Numbered from the stretch's first letter, positions 1 to 13,095 are shown. The stretch: DNA of 64,000 nt from Octopus vulgaris (GCA_951406725.2 OX597823.1:85312001-85376000); one strand, 5' to 3'. Numbers and translations are program-made. Notes: generated by a model from the letters alone, not told the origin.

Positions 1-65
1 CACACACGCACACGCACACACACACACACGCACACGGATACACACACACAGACACACACACACAC
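1..65. repeat. (CA)n microsatellite
   Basis: Direct reading. Confidence 0.95.
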
Positions 66-546
66 TATTATGTTTATATAAATGTAAAATCTAAGGATCC
101 AAGTGTAGGAAAACGTTTAGCTTCAAACAAACCATAGGAACTATAAAAAAAAAATAGCTTTCAGAGACAATAGAGGTTTAGTGAGAGGGAAGTTTCTGAG
201 TTTTTTTCAGTTTCGAAGTATGGTAAGCTGAAAAAAAAAAACTGTTTTATATTTCACGGTAAGCAGCCAGTGTTACCAGGTATGAGAATAAAATACGAGA
301 GAGCGACCGGAATCTCGGAAGTGGTAAATATCCAAGCGAGGTGTATACCGCAGGTTACTCTTCAGGCTACATCCTGATCGAATCGTCCGTGTGTTGACAT
401 GTGACTCCTTACCACAATGTAAATTCCATTTAATCAAAACAGCCTTTGGCTCGAAGAGAAGCTTGTTGTAAACACCTCACCTGGATATTTACCCCTTCCG
501 AGGTTCGGGTCCCTATGAAGCATATAGCCCCGATATTATCTACTCC

Positions 547-550
547 ATAC

Positions 551-581
<31 letters not shown>

Positions 582-656
582 CATACATACATACATACAT
601 GCATACATACATACATACATACATGCATACATACACGTACATGCATATATACACAC
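547..656. repeat. (TACA)n microsatellite
   Basis: Direct reading. Confidence 0.95.
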
Positions 657-737
657 ATTTGCTTGTGTGTTTGCCAGTGATATTCGTATCTCTCACTCTG
701 CGTGATTACTGTTTAACTGAATTCATTGTGTTATCTC

Positions 738-1584
738 ATGAATAGGGGAGGCTGCGTAAATCACTCAGACAACTTTTGTTTTGTCTGTGGAAAATTTGCT
801 CAACGTGACCAGCGGAGGAACATTGCCACCAAATTAAAAATTGCCAAACAGAATATTATTTCGGGTGTAAAGTTGAGGATTAAGACAAGAGGTGCTGCAC
901 CGTGTGTTACGGAAGGGAATGCCTTTTGTGGTACCAATGGTCATGCGTGATCCGACCGATTATGTCTCTGTTACTTTTGCATGACTAATAGTAGTTTCTC
1001 AAAGAAAACCAAAGAAAAACTTCTGTATGCAGATTGTAAGTCGGCTCTAAAACCGGTCTCATATGACTTCGAGAATCCTGGTTCAGTTCCTCTCTCACAT
1101 GAGTCACTTGAAGACATTGACACGTTGCAGGATTCTCATATCGACGATGAGTAAGTAGTTGATCTAAGAAGAATGAGCCAGGCTTGTTTAATCAAGAAGC
1201 TTTGAACGATATAGTAAGAGACCTGACATTGTCAGAGGAGAAGGCAGAAGTTTGGGGATCCAGAGTGCAGCAACGGAATCTCCTACAGCAAGGTGCGAAA
1301 ATTTCCATTTTCCGTTCTGGCCATGAAGGCTTGTCTGTCTTTTTCAAGCAAGAAAATAATGCTTGTTTCTGTAGTGAATTTAATGCACTCATGCAAAATC
1401 TGGGACACGTGCATGTGGCTAACGAACGGAGAGTGTGTATAAACTCGAGTAAGGTTAGCCTGAAAGCTGTGTTGTTACATAATGGTAATGAAAAACCATC
1501 CATTCCTGTGGGTCACATTGTCGGTATAGTCGGCTATGCCTACATACATGCATACATACATACATACATACATACATACATACA

Positions 1585-1620
<36 letters not shown>

Positions 1621-2460
1621 CATACATACATACATATATATGAATCGATGGAATTCATTCTGCAAGGAGTTAATTACTCAGTTCACAAATGGAATATTTG
1701 TGGTGATTTAAAGGCGGTTTCCTCCCTCCCATGACTGCAGCTGGGATATACTAAAAATGTGTGCTTCTTGTGTGTTTGGAACGGCCGCGACGAAAGCAAT
1801 CATTACACTGCAAAAAAACGGCCAAAAAGAGATGAGCTCATACATGGTCAGTACAATGTGCAGCATATGCCACTGGAAGATCCGCAAAAGATATTCCTTC
1901 CACTCATTCAATTCAAACTCGGCCTCGTGGTGAAAAACGTCGTAAAAGCAATGACACAGGATGGTCGTGGTTTCCAGTACATAAAAGTGAAATTTGGTGC
2001 TGAGAAAAGAGATGCAAAGCTGAAATTAGATATTTTCATTGAACCCAAGATCAGAACATTGATATCAGATAGCAGATTCAGAGGTAAACTGAATTCAGTC
2101 GAGCTGACTGCAGGAGATTCATTCGTGTTAGCTGTAAAGAACTTTCGTGGAAATCACAGAGCTGAAAACGATACTGACTTAATAATATACGTGTTAATAG
2201 CGTATGAAAGAATGAGATGCCGAATGTCCTTTAAAATACACTTCTTGCATCCTCATCTCGGTTTTTCCAACAAATCTTGATGCCGTTAGTAATGAGCATG
2301 GCGAAAGGTTCCACTAGGACATATCTGACATGGAAACGAGGTATCAAGGTTGGTTCAATCCAACATGATGGGTGACTAGTACCGATTCCTACAACGGGAG
2401 ACCAGCATGACACACAAGCAAGAGCAAGTGTCTCAAACCTTTCTGAGCTGAGCATATCAA
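738..2460 (+). pseudogene. Decayed Chapaev3 (CMC-group) DNA transposase
   Basis: Pieces across frames: MNRGGCVNHSDNFCFVCGKF; FNQEALNDIVRDL; INSSKVSLKAVLLHNGN; KWNICGDLK; CFLCVWNGR; KIFLPLIQFKLG; AVSNEHGERFH*DI..METRYQG. These match my recollection of Chapaev3 transposase blocks. Stops, frameshifts and a (TACA)n insertion break the frame. Confidence 0.8.
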
Positions 2461-2594
2461 AAATAAAATGAGTATTCCTTTAACATAAATATACTATGTA
2501 ACAATATGTTATAATACTATCTGCCTTGAACATAAATATACTATATACCGTTCTAATCATCATCATCATCAGCAGCAGCACCAGCAGCACCAGC

Positions 2595-2990
2595 AGGCAC
2601 AATGGCCCAGTGGTTAGGGCAGCGGACTCGCGGTTGGAGGATCGCGGTTTCGATTCCAAGACCGGGCGTTGTGTGTGTTTATTGAGCGAAAAACACCTAA
2701 AGCTCCACGAGTCTCCGTCAGGAGGTGGTGGAAACCCCTGTTGTACTCTTTCGCCCCAAGTTTTTCTCACTCTTTCTTCTTGTTTCCTGTCCCCGACTTC
2801 CTACGCAACCGCTGAGCCTGGATGCGCATTATGCATCCGTCGATGGTCTCGGTTTTGGGCGTTGACCTGCTTTCTCTTCTGTGGGTCTTACGAATAGCAA
2901 AGGACCAACGTTTCTGACTTCTCCCACTACAGAGGCGCGATCTTGCGAGCTCTGGGACGAAGACCGCTTTGCTCAACAAACAAACAAGCA
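2595..2990 (+). mobile_element. tRNA-derived SINE, family S2 (OR-like head), tail variant i
   Basis: A-box tggcccagtgg and B-box-like gtttcgattcc. The head is shared with copies at 9854, 10393 and 63329. Flanked by (CAG)n. Confidence 0.85.
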
Positions 2991-2998
2991 GCAGCAGC

Positions 2999-3230
2999 GT
3001 TTAACGTCCATGTCCATTGCTAGCACGCGTGGCACGGTAACACAAAAGCTAGCCAGGCCAAAGCCTGCCCCAGAGTTGTGGGACTGTTGTGACAGGATTT
3101 TTACAGCTGGAAGCCCTTCCTAGCACCAACCCCTCTGCAGAGTGGACATCGTACTTTTTATGTGGCACAGACACAGGTGAGGTGAATAGTGCTTTTTTAT
3201 GTCGTACAAGCGACGTCAGTATTGGCATGA
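2999..3230 (-). mobile_element. SINE/RTE-type remnant with a Nin-like domain
   Basis: Minus strand reads ggttggtgctaggaagggcttccagctgtaaaaa, similar to the recalled Nin-domain consensus, and ends ggacgttaaa. Confidence 0.5.
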
Positions 3231-3410
3231 TTAAATATACTATTATAATTAATAATTATTTACATTGAACTTAACTATTCCTGATATTAATATGGTATTA
3301 ATATATAATTATGGGCATAATTCAAAATCCTGACGTGCTACAGCAATTCTAAGTTTAAATTCGGAATCAATTGGCTGGGTAGCAGACAATAAGTTTTTTG
3401 CTGCCACCCA

Positions 3411-3473
<63 letters not shown>

Positions 3474-3517
3474 GGCAATAAGAGAATGGAGGGGATCAAT
3501 AGGTGGTTCATCAACTT

Positions 3518-5603
3518 GTTTGGAAAAAATAATGGAAATTCCTAGCGTCATAGTATCATAATTTTGAAATATCTGTAGCAAGCCGTAAAAGGCGGTAATA
3601 TGACGTAATGGTCATGTTGCCCGAACAAGTATAATTGTTAGTTTCCCATTGGTTAAAATTACTGCCCAAATTTGAATCCTAAACTTTCGTCAAAGAGAAA
3701 TCTTTCACGAAATACGGTTCTTAGAATTCAGGTATGAGCAGCTTTAAAAACCCTGATTTTGGGGAAAATTACTCAGTGGTCGTTGGTTGTCCCTAGTGAT
3801 TCACGACACTCATACTAGTGTTCGTTGGTTGTCACTCATTTCAACAACACTCACTCCTTTGAGCTATTGGCTATTTTTATGCCATGTCGATAACTTAGAT
3901 CCAATAAAACTTATTTGAATTGTTGTGTAAACTCTACTATAATTTAGTATGAAAGAATTAGCTAAAATAAATATTATCTCGTATCTCTCGACGAAGAATT
4001 TCTTTGGCTTCTAAATGTACTGTAAATATATAACGTACACAAATATACTAATTTAGTAAATAATTTCTCTTTCTTCATTTTCTTCAGCCTGTTAATTAAA
4101 TTTTATTCTGCAACTATGAAACTGTTTTTATAGCAGTAAAATAGAACACGAACGTATTTATCTTTAACATACATGTACGTTTCAACACGCACGTTTTAGC
4201 GTCATGAAGTATATAACTCATCACGGCGTTTATATATAGCTTTAGTTAAGATTTAGGTATAGTGATAATACTTATAATTAAGTTATAAGTGACGGGTTTA
4301 TCAATATAGATTCCTACTCAAGAAATAAGATATATTTATTATCTATTCCAAGTCGAAGCCATATAAATACGATAAAATAAATCACCCTTATCAAAATGGT
4401 ACCCAGTCACCGTTATATATCTATAAAACCGTCAAAAGCTTGTTTATGTTTATGTTTTTTAATTTATTATTAGTGTTGCTTAATATGTTTTGCTAAAATT
4501 GCTGTTTCTTTTCAGATATCATTAGAAAATGGTAATTATAATCATCGGACTTTCAGAGAGGTCGAATTGTTGGTGCTCGTATGGCAGGCGCTAGTGTAAT
4601 GAAAACAACCGAAATGTTTGGTGTATCATGAAGTACTGTCTCGACAGATTTTGAGAAAGAGGGAAAAACCTCCTCGGCGAAAGAAAACCCCGGAAGAAAA
4701 CGAAAACTCTCAGATAGGAACCGTCGGACTCTTATACGAATTGTTAGAAAGAATCACAAAAGTACAGCTCCCAAAATCACTGCAGAGCTTATTGACTACA
4801 CCGAGAACTCAGTTTCCACAAAAACCGTTCGCCGGGAGCTGTTCAAAGCCGGAATTCACTGGAGGGCTGCAATCAGAAAAAAATTCTATTTTCTAAAACA
4901 AACGTTGTAATGCGTTTAGAGCGGAGTAAAAACCTAGAGAATTGGTCCCTAGAGTAGTGGAAGAATGTTATTTTCTCGGACGAGTCATCTTTTACCTAAT
5001 TACCGACCACCGGATGAGTATATATGTGGAGACAGCCAAAGGAAGCATTTGACCCAGTCTGTCTTCTTCCAACTGTTAAACATGGAGGAGGATCTGTGAT
5101 GATCGAGGGGGTGGGGCTATAGTTTAGAAATTCGCCGGCCCAATGTTTTGCCTGCTTTGTGTGAAGACTATTTAAGCATTTTATCTGCTCAAATTCATCC
5201 TATACTTCTGGAACTGTTTCAGGAGGGTGACGCAATCTTTCAGGATGATATTTCACCAATTCACACAACTAAAGTTGTTACTGAATGGCACGAGGAACAT
5301 TCTAGTGGAGTTGAACATCTTATCTTGCGAGCGCTGTCCCCAGATCTCAATATTATTGAACATTTATGGTGTACTTTAGAAAAACAAGTAAAGAGTTGAT
5401 GTCCTCCATCATCATCACTATAAGAACTGGTGATTGTTTTAGCTGAAGAATGGACAAAATTCATTTGGAAACAATTCCAACTTTGTACGAGTCCTTATTT
5501 CATAGAATTCAAACTGTATTTACTGCAAAAGGCGATCCTACCCCATATTAAAATAAATTTGTTTGAAACTTTAAGGTGTTTCCATTATGTTGTCCAAACC
5601 CTG
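3518..5603 (+). mobile_element. Tc1-type transposon, DD36E (Incomer-like), decayed, with a nested insertion
   Basis: Left TIR gtttggaaaaaataatggaaattcct matches the reverse complement of the right TIR at 22/26. The right TIR ends ...aaaccctg followed by TA at 5604. Transposase motifs: SDFQRGRIVGARMAGAS, VIFSDES, FQDD, SPDLNIIEHLW. Confidence 0.88.
3576..4420 (-). mobile_element. Insertion within the Tc1 element, possibly a non-autonomous Helitron
   Basis: Separates the Tc1 left TIR from its ORF. On the minus strand it starts atatataacgg and ends with a hairpin gcc-ttttac-ggc then ttgctac (CTAG-like). Confidence 0.4.
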
Positions 5604-6039
5604 TATACAAGTACTTGCATCGGTTCATTCAAATAAAAATTCTGCAAATTGGTGCCCCATCTTGGCCGCAGTCAAATGGCTGAAACAAGTAAATAAAAAC
5701 AGCAGAAAAAGAATACAACCTACAAAATGGCATTACATGAAAATTCTCTTTAAACTTCCACCTGCAGTTGTCATGCAATATGAAAGATATGTGTAATTTA
5801 AATAGCTTCTATGAACAGATGCCTCGGAAAACACTTATAGTGTAAAAAATAACCCAGCGTTCCTCAACGACACCAAAACGGAACATTTTCGATCTAGGAG
5901 CAGTACATCGTCCTACACGTTTGTAATATAAAGTTATAATCTCGAGCCATACTGACAAGACATATCATCATAACCTCTTACTATGTTTCAGAGTGATGAT
6001 ATGCTTGTAATATCAATGAATCTACATGGTTAATCATTC

Positions 6040-6476
6040 ACCATTGTTTAACCCATTAAGCAAAATAAGCAAATGCGGGGTGAGGGCACCAAAGAAATAA
6101 AAATGGCTTACGGCACGAAAGAAATCACTTTAAACTTGTTAAAATAATATTCGTAATGTTATCTCTACTCAGTATAGAAGCAGAAGTTTTTGCGTAAAAT
6201 TAATTTTAACGATATCATCGAAGACGTTGCAATAAAAAAAAACGAAGGAGAAAAAGGTTTCAAATATAAATAAAATGGAAGCATACAAAGATAAACATTA
6301 TTTCCCATCTTACTGTGAATTTTGTTTCATTTTGAAAAATAAAAATATATTTTATGGTTTATTATCGTATACGTTTTGAATTATTTTTGTTTACATTTTG
6401 AATAATTCACATATAATTGCGGGAACCAAAACCTTTTAAGTGCTTAGGGCCACTATAGCTTTTAATTCGGCGCTGG
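6040..6476. mobile_element. Degraded MITE-like DNA element
   Basis: Ends resemble the recalled CAGGGCCGGATTAA...TTAATCCGGCCCTG type (ttaattcggcgctg at 6463-6476). tgcttagggc-like motifs occur near both ends. Confidence 0.35.
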
Positions 6477-6562
6477 GTAAATAACATATAGGCCTCTCTT
6501 TCAGAGCCAGAACTCACTACAGCATTTATCAGCACTACGTTACTACACTATACAGCTTGCTT

Positions 6563-6780
6563 AAGGCGGCGAGCTAGCAGTAAAGTTAGCACGCCGGGCG
6601 AAATCCCTAGCTGTATTTCGTTTGTCTCTACGTTCTGAGTTGAAATTCCGCCGAGGTCAATTTTTAGCTTTCATCTTTTCAGGGTCGATAAATTAAGTAC
6701 CAGTTGCGTACTGGTGTTGATCTAATCGACTGGCCCCCTTCTCAAAAATTTCGGGCCTTGTGTCTAGAGTAGAAACGAAT
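6563..6780 (+). mobile_element. SINE family S1 (tail B) with TSD
   Basis: Body aaggcggcgagct...ctttcatc...gtcgataaattaagtaccag. TSD-like flanks atacagcttgct (6550-6561) and atacggcttcct (6781-6792). Confidence 0.88.
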
Positions 6781-6914
6781 ATACGGCTTCCTACTCAGAT
6801 ATCAGTGATTTTGTAGCTGCTGTACACAAAAACAACAAAAGTCTGTGACCATCTTAGCAAGTATTCATTCACTGGCGAAATACAGTCACTAAATCTTTTA
6901 TTTTTTAATTTTTT

Positions 6915-7230
6915 ATTGTTTACTTCTCTCCATTCAGTCACTAGGCTGCGGCCATGCTGTGGCATTGCCCTGATGGATTTTAATCGAAGTAGCTGATCCC
7001 AGTAATTTTGTACGCATGGTACTTATTTTGTCGGTGTCTTTTGTGAAAACGCTACGTTACGGTGGTGCAAACAAACCAACACCCGTTGTCAAGCAGAAGT
7101 GGAGGGAACACGCACGCACTCACAAACACATATATACACACACACGAACACAAGCACACACATTCACACACACGCACAAATACACACACAGTTGCATACA
7201 TGATGGGCTTCTTTCAGTTTCCATCTAGAA
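6915..7230 (-). mobile_element. SINE family S3 remnant
   Basis: Reverse complement of the S3 body and tail seen complete at 44729-45160. Confidence 0.75.
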
Positions 7231-7402
7231 TTTCTATACATTTCAATGCATTACGTTAAAGATTTTTTTTTTTTTGTGCGTGGTTAAATTTATTTTTTCC
7301 TTTTGTGAAATTTAAAGTTTTTAATGATCGAAAGATAATTCTTCCCACAACAAGAATTATACATATTTTGTTTATATATTTTTTATATAATTGTATTTAT
7401 TA

Positions 7403-7582
7403 ATCCTTTCTACTATTGGCACAAGGCCTGAAATTTTGGATTAGGTTACTTAATTTATCGACCCCAAAAAGATGAAAGGCAAAGTCGACCTCGGCGGTAT
7501 TTGAACTCAGAACGTAAAGACGGGCGAAATGCTGCTCAGTATTACGCCCTGCGTAATGACAACTCTGCTAGTTCGCCGCTTT
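7403..7582 (-). mobile_element. SINE family S1, internally deleted
   Basis: gatgaaaggcaaagtcgacctcggcggtatttgaactcagaacg is the S1 reverse complement. Confidence 0.85.

Positions 7583-7660
<78 letters not shown>
7583..7660. repeat. (AAT)n microsatellite
   Basis: Direct reading. Confidence 0.95.
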
Positions 7661-7662
<2 letters not shown>

Positions 7663-8044
7663 CCTTAGTGGCTGACGATATGTGCATCTCTGATCACGAG
7701 CAGAAGTAGTCGGGGAGCATCATAGCCATGTGTTGAGAGGGATTTTTGCGGTTTGAATAGTTCACCTCTGGAAACATGGGTGGTTCTTTCAACATCCTTA
7801 AACAACCCTTATTCAGGGACCTTTTGAGCGGGATGGGCTACTCAATCTGAAGAAAATTCTAACTGGGCCCCACCTGCAAGGTCATGTGCTGTTTATCTTG
7901 ATATGAGATTACCATGTCGCGCACATATGGTTGTGATGCATGTGCCTGGTGTACCCTTATCAGGCGGGTAGTCATGATGGGTATATTGGGCTTCGTATAT
8001 TTTACCCCAGTGTCACTTTGATGGCATGCACTGCTCTCTCACTC
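7661..8044 (+). mobile_element. Putative 3' fragment of a (TAA)n-targeting non-LTR element
   Basis: GC-richer ~385 bp block flanked on both sides by (AAT)n. No diagnostic protein motif. Confidence 0.45.
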
Positions 8045-8059
8045 AATAATAATAATAAT

Positions 8060-8490
8060 AACAAATCGAACTCGATGGGATTTAAACTCAAGAGGTATAG
8101 AAACAGGCTAAAGGTGAAGTAGCATTTTGTCCGACCCGCTAACAGTTCAGCCATATCAGCATACTAATAATCCTTTCTCTTAAAGGCACAAGGCCTGAAA
8201 TATGCGGGAAGTAACCGGTCGATTACATCGACCTCAGTACTTGACTGGTACTTAATTTATCGACACTAAAGGATAGAAGGCAAAGTCTACCTCGGCAGTA
8301 TTTGAACTCAACGATAGTAAGAAAAGTGGTGAGATGGTAGAGTCGTTAGTACGCCGGGTGAAATGCTTGGGGGATATTTCACACAGTATGTATGTTCCGA
8401 GTTCAAATTCCGCCGGGGCCGACTTTGCTCTTGATCATCTCGATCATTTTGCCTGCCCGGCGTGCTAACGATTCGGCCAGCACGCTGCCT
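8060..8490. mobile_element. Cluster of S1 SINE remnants in both orientations
   Basis: Minus copies at ~8060-8165 and ~8168-8310. Plus copy at ~8325-8440. Confidence 0.75.
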
Positions 8491-8501
8491 TATATCAACA
8501 A

Positions 8502-9014
<513 letters not shown>

Positions 9015-9015
<1 letters not shown>

Positions 9016-9372
9016 ACTCAGAGAACGCAAACCTCTACCGAGGCAACACCAACGTCCTCTGAACGGTTAGCCGGAGATGATAATTTAAAATGATAATATC
9101 TGAAATACACTCGATTGATCTCACAATCGAGAATACTTGAACCTCGGCACTGTCAAAAGTTAAGTAAAAATAACAGGAAAATAATCCAGAATCATTGTCT
9201 GGTACTGGATCGATCCCAAAATATAATCAGTTCGTGCCAGTTACGAGGCGAAATATCCTTGAAAGTTTCATTCGAATCCATCCAGTGGTTGTTGAGATAT
9301 CTTGTCCACGGACAAAGAAAGAAACAAACACGACTGAAAACAATACCTCAGCTTTCGTTAAGATGCAGATAA
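9015..9372 (+). mobile_element. Helentron/HINE-like non-autonomous element
   Basis: Begins actcagagaacgcaaacctctaccgaggcaacacc. Homologous along its length to the inverted copy at 60935-61272. Confidence 0.6.
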
Positions 9373-9399
9373 TAATACTTCCTTGTATAATTAAGCATA

Positions 9400-9745
9400 A
9401 GGGCAAATATTTTATGGGGAATGGACTATGTCGATATGATCGTCCCCAGTGCTCAAAAGCTGCATATTTCATCGAACCCGAAATGATGAAAGACAGTCAA
9501 CTAAGAGATAATTTGAACTCAGGATTTAAAGAGCTGGGAAAATATTCAGCATTTTGCTCAGCGCACGATTCTGCCAGCTCGCCTCCTTAATATTCGTTTC
9601 AAATTTTGGCACAAGCCTAGGAATTTGGGGTGAGGTGCTAAGTCGATAAATCGACTTCAGTGTTCAAGTGGTCCGCATTTCATACACAGCGGAAGAATGA
9701 AAGCCATACTCGACCGCACCAGCATTTGAACACAGAATGTTAAGA
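9400..9745 (-). mobile_element. Two degraded S1 SINE copies
   Basis: gattctgccagctcgcc, ggcacaag and tttgaac motifs of the S1 reverse complement. Confidence 0.7.
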
Positions 9746-9778
9746 CCATCACATTAATATCAACGATAATAAGAAAAA

Positions 9779-10390
9779 TGGTGAGCTGGTAGAATCGTTA
9801 GTACGGCGGGTGAAATGCTTAGCGCCATTTCACAGGTATATACATTCAGAAGTGGAGGCGCAATGGCCCAGTGGTTAGGGCAGCGGACTCGCAGTCATAG
9901 GATCGCGGCTTCGATTCCCAGACACCGGGCGTTGTGAGTGTTTATTGAGCGAAAACACCTAAAGCTCCACGAGGCTCCGGCAGGGGATGGTGGTGATCCC
10001 TGCTGTACTCTTTCACCACAACTTTCTCTCACTCTCACTTCCTGTTTCTGTTGTACCTGTATTTCAAAAGCCGGCCTTGTCACTCTCTGTGTCACGCTGA
10101 ATATCCCCGAGAACTACGTTAAGGGTACACGTGTCTGTGGAGTACTCAGCCACTTACGCGTTAATTTCACGAGCAGGCTGTTCCGTTGATTCGGATCAAC
10201 CGGAACCCTCGTCGTCGTAACCGACGGAGTGCTTCCATATATCCCATATACGTTCAGAGTTCAAATTCCACTGCGTCGTCTTTGTTCTCGATCATCTCAT
10301 GGGTCGATAAAAGAAATACCAGTTGAACATTAGTGTCGGTGTAACTGACTAGCCTCCTTCCACAAAATTCATAGCCTTCTATCAACATTT
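9779..10390 (+). mobile_element. S1 SINE split by an S2 insertion
   Basis: The S1 5' part (9779-9850) resumes at 10246. Confidence 0.75.
9854..10245 (+). mobile_element. SINE family S2, tail ii, with TSD
   Basis: Head ggaggcgcaatggcccagtggttaggg. TSD atatacattcaga (9838-9850) and atatacgttcaga (10246-10258). Confidence 0.9.
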
Positions 10391-10392
10391 CT

Positions 10393-10682
10393 GGAGGCAC
10401 ATGGCCTAGTGGTTAGAGCAGTGGATTCGCGGTCGAGGGATCGCAGGTTCGAATCTCAGACCGGGCGATGTGTGTTTATGAGCGAATCACCTAAGCTCCA
10501 CGCGGATCCGGCAGAAGGTAATGGCGAACTTCTGCTGACTCTTTCGCCACAAATTTCTCTCACTCTTTCCTCCTGCATCTTGCAGCTCACATGCAACGGA
10601 CCGGCGTCCCGTCCAGGGGTGGGGGAATCCTATACGCCAAGTAAACCAGGAAACCGGCCCTATGCACCACAAGGGGCAAAAA
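10393..10682 (+). mobile_element. SINE family S2, tail iii
   Basis: tggcctagtgg A box, ggttcgaatc B box, tail ggaccggcgtcccgtccagggg...aaaccggccc. Confidence 0.85.
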
Positions 10683-10834
10683 TGATTTAGAAGAGAAGTA
10701 TGAACATTTGAAATCAATATTACCGCTCGTGGATTCGATAAGTTACCAATGGTTTGTATAGGGACATTTACATGATAATGTACACTTTCATTTTTTTAAT
10801 GTCAACTACGACTGACAGGAACATATAAATATAT

Positions 10835-10950
10835 TGGTTAATTTCGACCCCAAAAAAATGAAAGGCAAAGTCGACCTCGACGGAATTTGAACTCAGAACG
10901 TAAAGACGTGCGAAATGCTGTAAAGCATATTGCCCGGCGTAATGACGTCT
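10835..10950 (-). mobile_element. S1 SINE fragment
   Basis: gaaaggcaaagtcgacctcgacggaatttgaactcagaacg. Confidence 0.85.
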
Positions 10951-11797
10951 AACGTTTAGTGAACTATAGTAAAGATTAATAACCTCCTGGATAGTATGCT
11001 AATTTAGCGCAAATAGCTTCTCAGAAATATTTAGCAACAATTTTTTGTATCATTTGGCTTTAAAGAATGTTAACTATGTGAGTAATTTTTAAAGATTCCT
11101 CGGTCTTTATCTCACTATATTTCAGGGATATCTATTTTTTTTTCTTTTTTGTCTCATTCACCTTTTTTTGTCTCACTTTCCACCGAAAGAATTTTTCTGG
11201 GAAAGAAAAAAAAAACGAAAGAAAGACATGAAAAACCCAGAAATATGAGGCTACCGCTGAATACATTAGCAGCCCACCAAGCGGTGCACTTAATGTATAT
11301 TTATTGACAATTTTTGAAACGTATCTAGCGTGATGTATCGTTATAGATTATAAACTCCAGGCCGATTCTACGCTTCTTTTTCCTCTTTTATAGCATGATA
11401 TCCAACACAAAATTTCCCCCCACTGTTTGTGCCAAAAACTCAATAACACAACACATATAACGTACATAAACTTAACTTCTGCTACATCTCGACTTTAAAA
11501 AGCCGAAACAAAACCCAAATGAAAATACTCTCCGTATAATATCTTTCTTACTGAAAGAGAATCAGTTATCAAAGCTGGTTTATATTTTCATGCTATTTTA
11601 CTTTTTAATGTTCTATTACATCCATTCAATGTGTATTGTTAGTCATATCTGGGAGTGTCAGGACAAATGACTATTGTTGGCTTTATTTGTCATATCCTAG
11701 TTGTTGCTGTAAAGGATTGTATCCATTGTGTAAACGAACACCTTAATATACACATACACACACACACATATATGTATATATAAATATGTATATATAA

Positions 11798-11855
<58 letters not shown>

Positions 11856-12015
11856 ATATACATATATATATATATATAGGTATATGTGCATGTATTTCTA
11901 CTTTTTCCTTTCTATTTTCGTATTTTTTAATATTCTTTATTTTCTATAACCAGTTATTCATGCTTTTGTAGCTTTCTCGATTTAACTTTCTTTACATTCT
12001 TGCATTTATACATAC

Positions 12016-12047
<32 letters not shown>

Positions 12048-12423
12048 GTATATATATCTATAAATATGTATATATATATATGTATATATATCTATATTAT
12101 ATGTATATATATATATGAAAATGTATATATATTATGATGTATATATATATATATATGTATTTGTGTATTTATGTAGTTAATGCTTTATGTATTAATATGA
12201 CCAATGCAATAACTTATATATCAGATTAAATACTCAGCAATATGAGAAGCATACAGACACACATATATAAAATAAAATAATGCACTAAAATTCATGTTTT
12301 AACTCTGTCGCTCGGTGGAGTTATTTCGACTTAATTACCATCTTTTGTATGATTGACTGTTCAAAGTTATCTATCTATCTAGTTAGCTATCTAGCTATCT
12401 ATCTGTCTGTCTATCAATTATAT

Positions 12424-12574
12424 CACTGTGTGGCAAGAAGCTTGCATCCCAACCACATATTTCCGGATTCAGTCCCACTGCGTGGCGCCTTGCGCAAGTA
12501 TTTTCTACTACAACCTCGGGCCGACCAAAGACGTCTGAGTGAATTTAGTAGAGGCAAACTGAAAGACGTCCGTC

Positions 12575-12632
<58 letters not shown>

Positions 12633-12853
12633 GGAATTTACATAAAAACAAACAATACAAATACAAAAGACGAAGACTGGTGTGTAAACAACAAAAATAG
12701 ATGTATTAGTTTAACGCTCGGGAAGTGATAAAGTCCTTTACGTTTCAAGCATACGCTCTTCGACAGAATGGAACACAGAAATAAACTGAGAGAGAGAGAG
12801 AGAGAAAAAAAAGGTTTAGTGGCTAGCGATCAATCAATCCATATACACCCCCC

Positions 12854-12888
<35 letters not shown>

Positions 12889-13095
12889 TATGTATTTGTG
12901 TGTTTGCATTTTCCCCCACCATCGCTTGACGGCCTATGTGGTTGTGCTTACGTCCCCGTAACATAGCGGTTCGGCAAAAGAACCCAATAGAATAATTACT
13001 AGGCTTACAAAAAATAAGTCCTGGGGTCGACATGTTCGACTAAACGTGATGTGCTCCAGCATGACCGCAGTGAAATAACTGAAATTAGCTAGAGA
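12424..13095 (+). mobile_element. SINE family S3 with an insertion in its central (TA)n
   Basis: Head ctgtgtggcaagaagcttgc...gtcccactgcgtggc and tail gtgctccagcatgaccgcag. An unrelated block lies at 12630-12840. Confidence 0.8.

Larger units (their letters stand above)
80..3412 (+). mobile_element. Chapaev3-like transposon body, left end uncertain, with nested SINEs
   Basis: Contains the transposase remnant. The 3' terminal region caaaatcctgacgtg...gccacccagt (3322-3412) resembles recalled Chapaev3 right ends. No matching left TIR seen. Confidence 0.5.

Noticed and set aside
9854-9925. tRNA gene candidates in SINE heads (also 10393, 49198, 63329)
   Set aside because: A/B boxes are present but there is no convincing acceptor stem, and each continues into a repeat body.
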